Program-made: the position numbers and the translations under genes
Notes under the pieces: model-generated
Databases searched by the model: none
What the model saw: the letters and a program-made list of their open reading frames with translations, nothing else
What the model was told of the DNA's origin: nothing
Shown here: piece by piece, positions 54,900 to 64,000 of the stretch
Numbering within the stretch: the first letter of the stretch is position 1
Layout: each line of letters starts with the position of its first letter
Assembly (NCBI RefSeq): GCF_006345805.1
Contig: NC_043003.1
Span: 56,110,001-56,174,000, forward strand
Source of the DNA: Octopus sinensis
Lineage: Eukaryota
Length of the DNA stretch: 64,000 nucleotides
Reading direction: 5' to 3'

Positions 54900-55130
54900 T
54901 ATTCTTTTATTCTTCTATTCTTTCATGTGTTCAGTCATTTACTGCGGCCATGCTGGACTACGCCTTAAACGCTTCTTTAATCGAAGATATCGACCCCAGG
55001 ACTTAATCTTTGTAAGCTTAGTACTTATTCTATCGGTTTCTTTTCCGAACCACTTAGTTACGGACACGTAAGCACACCAACATCTGTTGTCGAGCTATAC
55101 TGGGGGGGGGACAAACAGACGCAAGACATG
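54900..55130 (-). mobile_element. SINE family B 3' body
   Basis: tttcatgtgttcagtcattt..gcggccatgctgga..atcgaccccaggactt..gtacttattctatcggt. Confidence 0.75.
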
Positions 55131-55199
55131 TATATATATATATTTGAATGTATTAATATATATTAACACATATATACATATACACACACGCAATAATAT

Positions 55200-55230
<31 letters not shown>

Positions 55231-56609
55231 GATATTAAATATATATACGTTAATTATAAACAAAGAAAAGGCTGACACCAACTTCGAATTCTCGGCTCCT
55301 TCGCTGACATGATTAAACGTTTACTACTCTCCACAAGTGTAACCATCCCGCTAGTTTACACACCAAACTAAAATCCATTAACAGTCATTCAGTTATTGAA
55401 ATAAAGTAAGTGAACGATCAGCCAATATGCTAAATGCGTGATGGTTTGCAAATAATGAAATAATAGAAGGCTAAAACCTAATATCCTTTGCGACGTAAAC
55501 AATCCATACTAAAACATATACAGACCACACGAAGCCAAATATAAAACATTCCCACAGGCATTTAACTGCAATTACTTGGAAAACCGAGTGCCATATTCGA
55601 TGTAACATCATCGGTTATAATAGGTGCACTTCTATGAAGAAAACGAAGGCTTTTATATGCTTACAAAAGCTCACAGAAAATCTTCAACCAAGACACGAAA
55701 TCAGTTGGCAGTATTCAATACCATCAAAATGAACAAAACAGTATTTCAGTACGTATATATTAAAATCAAAGGGAAAGAAAATGGTTATAGATGCATCTAA
55801 AGTACATATCCCACTGGTAACATAAAATATACATCAATTACACTTCAGAAATAGACAACATTATAAAGGACAGTAACAACCCCAAACACTGAACACCAGT
55901 ACATAACCGAAATAAAAAGCAGCATCGAACAGCTAAATAACGAAAAACGGAAAATATATCCCCGAAAACTAGATATAACGTGTCCCTAATATAAACTAAA
56001 AACAAAAGGAGAAAACCCATATACAGCCGCGGGAAAAAGTACTTATACAGATGTTTAATGAATAGAATGTTCTTTTCATTTCTCTATTATTTTTTTTTTT
56101 TGAATAAGAATTCTAAGAACATTCTACTCATATTAAGTAACTGTATCGCTACTTTGCCCATTCCTGTAGAGACCAATTTGCGTCATCAGGAAAAACGACA
56201 GCACAACACCCCCTGACACAATAGCAAGAATGATGACGTACGCAGAAATCAATATCATATCTTCTGCGAATGATATAAGAAATTGAAGCACAAAACGAAC
56301 AATGCATATCAAAACAACGATAAACAAGGGTTTTGATATAGTCCTTCCATGAAATACTTCAATAAAATTGCACACATGGGTTTAAAAATAAATAACTAAC
56401 GTCATACACATCTACGAGTATAGACAGTAACAGGCGTACCTGTGTGATAAGAAGCTTGATTTCCAACCACATGGTGCTGGGTTCAGTCCCACTGTATAGC
56501 TCCTTGGGTAAGTGTCTTCTACTACAGCCTCGGGCTAACCAGAGTCTTGTGAGTAGATTTGGTTGACGGAAACTGGAAGACGCCTCTCGTATATATATAT
56601 ATTTATAAT

Positions 56610-56684
<75 letters not shown>

Positions 56685-56770
56685 TAATAATATTAGGGAA
56701 AAATCCACTTTACAGGGAAAAATCAGATTTAGGTTTAAATCCATTTTATAGTAAAATATATATTATATAA

Positions 56771-56908
56771 ATAGAGACAAAACCACTATTATGCAAATCA
56801 ACAAAGAAAGACTTATTAATATTGTTACATTTCTAATAATATAAATTAATTTATGTATTGGCTTAAGTCTTTCTTTGTTTTCTGTGCATAATAGTGGTTT
56901 TGTCTCTA
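56771..56908. repeat. 45-bp inverted repeat with AT-rich spacer
   Basis: agagacaaaaccactattatgca..caaagaaagactta vs taagtctttctttg..tgcataatagtggttttgtctct. Confidence 0.9.
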
Positions 56909-56916
56909 ATTTAATA

Positions 56917-56963
<47 letters not shown>

Positions 56964-57090
56964 AATATATATATATATATAGCAATTAAGACAACTACTT
57001 AATAGGAAAACCCACAAGAAATTGTCAGGTAGATAGCGTAAAAACCTCATACGAGAAAAAATTTCGAAAATAATTATTTCTTATTGAACA

Positions 57091-57512
57091 TATTAATTTA
57101 TATATAGAGGGCATTATACATACATGCCAGGAGGCATTCTACATACAACGCCATACCTCTAAGAGGACAATCAGTCATTTCTACCAAAAATATTACTAAT
57201 CCCACCGAATGCAATTTTTTTCAAAGAAAGACATTTAAAAATATATAGACCTGTATCACAGTGATTTCATACTTACGTAATCATCAGCAGGTTTATTTAT
57301 AGTATATTCAGGCCTGCTGATGATTACGTAAGTAATGAAATCACTGTGATACAGGTCTATATATTGTTAAATGTCTTTCTTTGAAAATTGCATTCGGTGG
57401 GATTAGTAATATTTTTGGTAGAAATGACTGATTGTCCCTCTTAGCGTATGGCGTGTATGTATATGCCTCCTGGCATGTATGTATAATGCCCTATATATAT
57501 ATATAATTAATA
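57091..57512. repeat. ~200-bp-arm fold-back palindrome (21-nt spacer) with a hammerhead motif on each strand
   Basis: 57091-57291 vs 57313-57512; plus-strand motif ggcctg-CTGATGA-ttacgtaagtaat-GAAA-tcactgtga-TA-caggtc at 57311-57357, with an antisense twin at 57292-57248. Confidence 0.9.
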
Positions 57513-57575
57513 TATATATATATATATATATATACATACATATATGTGTATATACATACATATATATATATATAC

Positions 57576-57611
<36 letters not shown>

Positions 57612-58419
57612 TTATATCCCCGTAACTTATCGTTTCGGCGAAGAACACCGATAGAATAAGTATTATGCTTAGAAAGAATACGTCTCTTTCGACTAAACCC
57701 CTTTTACAGGCAGTGCTCCAGTATGGCTGCAATCAAATGACTGAATCAAGTAAAAGAATTATAAATAGTACTATTTTCAAATTCAGAGAGTATCGATGCA
57801 GAAGTGATTTCTGAGAATTCTGAGCGCAACGGACGCAGTATAATGACATGTCAGGCATCCAGTAAATACACACTTGAAGATACGGAATGTTCCATGCTGG
57901 ACTTCAATCCTTAAACGCCTCTCCCAGTCACAAGACGGATTCGGATCATACAGCTTAATCTCAATACAATGTACGGAAGTAAAACAAAAATATATAACAT
58001 CAATAAGAAGATTATTCCAGCCGTATCGTTCAGCTGCCATCGATATCATTAAAGCTTAATAGACCGTCATCCATTATTGACTCATAAAAAAAAAAAAAAC
58101 TACACTCACCGCCACATTAAATATCAACAAAAAATATTCGGTACCGAAATATTCGTCAGTTCAATCAGCCTATATTACTTGTTCAGCTGCAACGCTTTCT
58201 GAAGATGGAATATTTCGATCGGCCTACCACAGGAATCAGCCTCCTCACACCATCTTTCCAACTTAAATATGCAGCATCTTGACTTTTCATCAACAGCGGT
58301 TGAAAATATAATCACAGATACATACGTAAATGACAACAAACTCACAACATTATGCTATTTTCTAGGAAGATGAAAAGCACAACAAAAACCTTACATAAGT
58401 TAATCGAAAATCTGTCAAC

Positions 58420-59040
58420 TGAAGAAGAAGAAGAAGAAGAAGAAGAAGAAGAAGAAGAAGAAGAAGCGGAGGAGGAGGAGGAGGTGGTGGCAAAAAAGAA
58501 AAAGGAGGAGAAGAGAAGGAGGTGAAGAAGAAACAGGAGGAGGAGAAAAGAAGAAGAAGAATAGGAAGAAGAAGAAGAAGGGGAAGAGGAGGAGGTGGTG
58601 GTGAAAAAGGAAGAAGAAGAGAAAGAGAAGGAGGTGAAGAAGAAGCAGGAGGAGGAGAAAAGAAGAAAAAGACGAAGAAGAAGAAGACAACGAAGAAGAA
58701 GAAGAAGAAGAAAAAGAAGAAGAAAAAGAAGAAGAAGAAGAAGGAGAAGGAGAAGAAGAAGAAGAAGAAGAAGAAGAAAAAGAAGAGAGGAAGAAGAAAA
58801 ATAAAAAAAGAAAAAAAAAAGAAAAGAAGAAGAAAAGAAGAAAAGAAGAAAAAGAAAAGAAGAAGAGGAAGAAGAAAAGAAGAAGAGGACGAAGAAAAAG
58901 AAGAAGAAGAAAAGAAGAAGAAGAAGAAGAAGAAGAAGAAGAAGAAGAAGAAGAAGAAGAAGAAGAAGAAGAAAAAGACGGCAAAAATGGCGGCGAAGAG
59001 ACGACGAAGTAGGAGAAGAGGAAGTAGGGTCGTTAAGAGT
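58420..59040. repeat. ~620-bp polypurine (GAA/GGA/AAAAG) tract
   Basis: Direct inspection; the poly-K/E/R ORFs are artefacts. Confidence 0.95.
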
Positions 59041-59404
59041 GGAATGCTTTTTTTTTATCATAGCTTTTCTGCATGCTTGATCGGGAATGAAATGGGTTTA
59101 AACAATAGAAATAAATAAATATATATATAACGGGATGGTCCTTTAGAAGTCTGTGTAATGTAACCATTGCTTACATCTTTTAATTTCACTTCCTATTCAC
59201 GGCAAATATTCATGGCATATTAACACTAGTAAAACCAATAAAACAGCGTTTTTGCCATCCAATAAAATAGTGTTTTCGGTGTTGTAGTAGTAGTAGAAGC
59301 AGCAGCAGTTGTAGTGGTGGTGATAATGGTGGTAGTAGTGGTGATGGTAGTAGCCTTTACTGCCGCAGAAGCAATTTTCGTAAAACTTGTTATTGCTGTT
59401 GCTC

Positions 59405-59448
<44 letters not shown>

Positions 59449-59905
59449 TAGTAGTAGTAGTAGTAGTAGTAGTAGCAAGTGACTAGAAAGGAAGGAAGGA
59501 TATAGTTACGAATAGAGGGAAGGAAAGAGTAAGGACTGCACGGTGCTGACTAGAAAGGAAGGCAGGATAAAGGTGACGAATAGAAGAGAGTGGTGATATT
59601 TAGGAGAGATGACCTGCTAGTTGTTCCTCTTCGATTACTATCGCAAACAGCAGTAGCTATCTTCAACCGAATACACGTCGTTGATTGATTGGAATTACCC
59701 AAATACGACAACTTTAGCACAAAATAACTTCTAAAATAGGAAATTTTGTCAAAAATCTTTTTAGAGTAAACCGTGTTCTACGTGAGAAATTCCAACAGTA
59801 TTCGAAGTTTGAAACTGTTTAGTTAAAAAAAATAATTCAAAAATCTGTGATTGAGATGGAATAGATCCAGCCTTTGTTATTGCTGCTGCTGTAGCGGTAT
59901 TATTA

Positions 59906-60010
<105 letters not shown>

Positions 60011-60014
60011 GTAA

Positions 60015-60047
<33 letters not shown>

Positions 60048-60586
60048 CGATCTTGGTGGTGGTGGTGGTTGTGGTAGTAGTAATAGTAGTAGTAGCGATC
60101 GTGATGGAGGTGGTGGTGGTGGTGGTTGTGGTAGTAGTAGTAGTAGTAGTAGTAGTAATATCTGTAGCAGCCTTAGAAGAGGGACCAATGCTGGCGGTGA
60201 TTTTAGTAGTAAAGGTATTATAATTAAATGTAGCATCAACACCTTCATCATTATTATCATTACTAACAACACGACTGGAGAAGCAACAGCAGCAGCAGGA
60301 GTAGTAGATTAGTAGTAGTGGCAGCAGCAGGAGTAGTAGTAGTAGTAGTAGTAGTATTGCTAGTAAGAAAATGAATTTCGTAAAGCAGGGTGTGAAGCGC
60401 AAACACAGGAGATTAACAGACTGACGAGAAGAAAGACTAATTAAGGTTAATTAATTAAGCAGCATGATAGACGAGTTTGAAAATGGGATTTAATTAAGAA
60501 AATCAAACAAAAAGCTTTCTAATGAAGAAGGAAGAGAAGGGTTCTCAAGAGAAGATGAAAACCTCCATTCTACTTTGAACTTCAAC

Positions 60587-60641
<55 letters not shown>

Positions 60642-60680
60642 TATATATGTATGTATGTATGCATGTATGTGTGTATATAC

Positions 60681-60754
<74 letters not shown>

Positions 60755-60957
60755 TATATATGTGTGTGTGTGTAGAAACACACAAACATGCACACACACG
60801 CACGCGGACACAAGCATATATCTATCTATGTACGTGTGTTTGTAAGTCCGTATGAATGTATGTACGATTATACGTATGCATGTATGTTGGTATTTACATT
60901 TGTAACTAGCTATGCGTATTCTTTTCTTTTTCACATATATAATTAAATTACGCATAA

Positions 60958-61850
60958 GGCGGCGAGCTGGCAGAAACGCTAGTATGCCGGGCGAAATGCT
61001 TAGCCGTATTTCGTCTGTCGTTACGTTGTGAGTTCAAATTCCGCCGAGATCGACTTTGCCATTCATCCTTTCGGGGTCGATAAATTAAGTACCAGTTACG
61101 CACTGGGGTCGATGTAATCGACTTAATACCTATGTCTGTCCTTGTTTGTCCCCTCTATGTTTAGCCCCTTGTGGTTAATAAAAAAATTGGTATTTCGTCT
61201 GCCGCTACGTTCTGCGTTCAAATCCCGCCTAGGTCGACTTTGCCTTTCATCCTTTCGGAGTCGATTAAATAAGTACCAGATACGCAATGAGGTCGATATA
61301 ATCGACTTAATCCACTTGTCCGCCCTTTTTTGTCCCTTCTGTGTTTAGTCCCTTATGAGTAGTAAAGAAATAGGTATTTCATCTTTATTTAAAGGCGGCG
61401 AGCTGGCAGAAACGTTAGCACGCCGGACGAAATGTTTAGCGGAACTAATCGGGATCGATTACATAAGTACCAGTTACGCACAGGGGACGATGTAATCAAC
61501 TTATTCCGTTTGTCTGTCCTTGTTTGTCCTCTCTGTGTGTAGCTTCTTGTGGGCAGGAAAGAAATAAGTATTTCGTCTGTCGCTACGTTCTGAGTCCAAA
61601 TTCTGAGTCCAATTTACTTAATACGGTTGTCTCTCCTTGTTTGTCCTCTCTGTGTTTAGCTCCTTGTGGGTAGTAAAGAAATAGGTAATTCATTTGCTGC
61701 TACGCTCTGAGTTCAGATTCCGCCGAGGTCTACTTTGCCTTTCATCCTTTCGGGATCGATAAAATTAGTACCAGTTAGGCACTGAGCTCAATGTAATCGA
61801 CTAAATCCTTTCCTCCAAATTTGAGGCCTTGCGCTTCCAGTAGAAAGATT
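60958..61850 (+). mobile_element. Tandem array of family A SINE units ending in the (ATT)n tail
   Basis: Heads at 60958 and ~61393; repeated headless units from gtatttcgtctg to gtaaagaaatag; tail aaatttgaggccttgcgc..gtagaaagatttattatt. Confidence 0.85.
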
Positions 61851-61894
61851 TATTATTATTATTGTTATTATTGTTGTTGTTGTTATTATTAGCA

Positions 61895-62326
61895 TTGAGC
61901 GAGAGAACAATGCAATGCATGCTATCAAAGTGACACTGGGGTGCAAATATACGATGTACAATATAGCCATCAAGATTACCCATCTGATAAGGGTACATCT
62001 GGCGCATACATCACAACGATATGTGCGCGATGCGTTGGTCTCATATCAATATAAACAGCACATGTCCTTGAAGATGGGGCCCAGTTGAAATTTTCTTTAG
62101 GTAGAGTAGGCCATCCCCCTCAAAAGGTTCCTGAATAAGGTTTGTTTAAGGATGATGAACAAAACACCCATGTTTCCAGCGGTAAATTATTCAGACCCTA
62201 AAGAAATTCTGTCAACACATGGCTATGATGTTGTCCTCACTGCTACTGTTCATTATCAAAGACGCACATAATGTTAGCCATTAAGTGGGGTGCTCATTTG
62301 GTGAAGGACAAGCAAGTGACAAGCAG
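61895..62326 (-). repeat. Second copy of the ~550-bp element (lacking its first ~135 nt)
   Basis: Reverse complement of ~10526-10935. Confidence 0.8.
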
Positions 62327-62334
62327 TTCCTTGA

Positions 62335-62482
62335 CTCTTCTGAGTTCAAATTTCACCGCGGTCGATTTTGCATTTCGTCCTTTCGAAGTCATTAAGTCAA
62401 GTACCACTTGAGTACTGGGGTCGATATTGTCGACTGACCTCCTCCTCACAAATTTCAGGCCATGTGCATACAGTAGAAAGGA

Positions 62483-62574
<92 letters not shown>
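62335..62574 (+). mobile_element. 5'-truncated family A SINE with (ATT)n tail
   Basis: ctgagttcaaatttcaccgcggtcga..gtactggggtcgat..aaatttcaggccatgtgc..gtagaaaggattgttattatt. Confidence 0.75.
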
Positions 62575-62575
<1 letters not shown>

Positions 62576-62650
62576 TGTAGTTTTATTTTTATAGCATGCA
62601 TTCACTTAACTACCGAGCGCAGCTCTGTGTGATTTGGATGAGCTGTGCAA
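62575..62650 (-). mobile_element. R4/Dong 3' UTR end
   Basis: Reverse complement matches 10240-10307 (cacacagagctg(c/t)gctcggtag..tac.gaataat). Confidence 0.75.
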
Positions 62651-63712
62651 GATGGGGTGCAAGATGCCTCACTGCTCTCTGCCTACTACCCATAAAGAAA
62701 AGGGGAGACGACTACATAACAGGTTCAAATTCACGCGAAAGACACGAATGAGAAGAAAGATGCCAAATCGTCAACCAACAATATTAGTAGCAACAAATTC
62801 AGCGACATAAGAAACTGAATTCCCCTTCAATCGAATGGAATATTCCAACACAAAAGACAGCTCATAGCAGCAGTAACACAACTGCAACCGACTCTGCTAC
62901 CACTACCGCTACAATGAATAAACTAACTACAGCACTTAGTAACAGAACCATGACAACAACCGACTCCACCACCGCCACCAATACAAGAATAACATCGTAA
63001 TAAATGGCAAACATTTCTTTCACTGTAACGGCAGCCAAGGGCAAGGAATCTTTTTTGCATGACTTGCTTAAGAAACACGTGTTTAGCTGAGGCAGAAAAA
63101 TTAATAAGACTTGAGATCCACCGGCAGCACACATCGAAGATGAGGGGGAACCCCCAAAACCGAAGCAACAGATCAGGAATGGCAAAGTGACAGCATGTCC
63201 CACAACAAAACACGCACCAAAACTTTGAAAACACACCCACAGTTGGTACAGCCACACCTACAGCATCACTAACCTCTCCAGCATCACAATCACAAACTGC
63301 TCCACCGACACTAACCCTACTTCAACAACAGACCAAAAGAAAGCAATCCCAGCAGCAACAAGCAACCACACAAACACCAAACTTCGTGTTAGTCATGAGG
63401 TCAATTAATCAATTCATGGAGCTTTTAGTGCGAAGGAAGGATGTCGAGAGAGAGGAGTGATCTTTGGCGCCAGCAACTTTCAAGGGCCAGAAAAAATTAT
63501 GTTAGTGCGAATGTTTATAGAAGCATTTAAATGCATTAAGAAAGGCTTCATGCAAGATGTCGGAACCCCTAAAGTTGCGACGCGACTAGGCTTTTGAAGG
63601 AGTTCTCAGAGGAACCGCAACAACTCATGGGCGTTGAGCCATCTGACTTCCAACGACACATGAGGGTTAAGCAGACGCCTTTTGTGTCTTCTCCACAGTC
63701 TGTCCGGTCACC

Positions 63713-64000
63713 ATGAGTTGTTTAAGTGTAGGTAGTATAAATGTTCGTGGCCTGGGGTCGCTCTGGAAGCAGGGTCGCTGGCTCAATGACTTCAGGTAAC
63801 TATCTATGGATATGACAGCCGTCAGCAAAACCAAGATTTCCAACACATCGATCATCTAGCCTCTATTTTTGAAGATTTTGAGATCTACACACATCTTAGT
63901 CGGCCTGGAAGGGGTGTGGGGCAGTGCTGTTTAGGAAAGGCCTGGACCTCGAGGTACAGACCATCTTACTGGACACGGAATGTAGGTTGGTGGTCCTGGA
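63713..64000 (+). mobile_element. L1/Tx1-like ORF2 5' end (APE endonuclease), pseudogenised, runs off the window
   Basis: MSCLSVGSINVRGL..KQG..; after frameshifts FEDFEIY and VLFRKGLDLEVQTILLDTECRLVVL. Confidence 0.75.

Larger units (their letters stand above)
56433..57760 (+). mobile_element. SINE family B whose internal microsatellite hosts a ~820-bp insert
   Basis: Head at 56433-56590 and body at 57610-57760, in the same orientation. Confidence 0.7.

Noticed and set aside
55838-56375. Hydrophobic minus-strand ORFs resembling membrane proteins
   Set aside because: Explained by T-rich strand composition; no family motif. Faint PLE RT-like traces on the plus strand (55480-55800) were too weak to call.

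Overview
This is a repeat-saturated, AT-rich animal genomic window with no recognisable host protein-coding exon. Almost all ORFs in the supplied track are translations of microsatellites. The SINE families and repeat landscape look like an octopus/coleoid cephalopod (inference, not verified). Decayed transposons present: an internally deleted R4/Dong-type non-LTR element in (TAA)n (8294-10307) plus three other R4-type 3' ends; a Penelope-like RT (minus, ~21.6-23.9 kb); a CR1-like RT; two L1/Tx1 fragments; an RTE tail; Tc1 with IR-DR ends; four mariner (DD34D-type) copies; a maT/DD37D element; a Helentron-associated HINE; and many tRNA-derived SINEs. The most interesting signal is a set of about ten minimal type I hammerhead-ribozyme motifs of the Penelope-pLTR kind. 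Four of them (21215, 44563, 45712, 54167) carry the same paired core change, CUGANGA to UUGANAA. This is the compensatory U3-A8 swap of the C3-G8 tertiary pair rather than obviously random decay. These motifs sit in ORF-less modules: a 356-bp unit with terminal direct repeats (retrozyme-like), a 340-bp inverted-repeat element, and a ~420-bp fold-back with a hammerhead on each strand. Also notable are a near-perfect 895-bp tandem duplication and a recurring module of Dong 3' end, (TAA)n, a 550-bp element, (TAA)n and antisense SINEs. All motif calls were made by eye and none were computed or tested.
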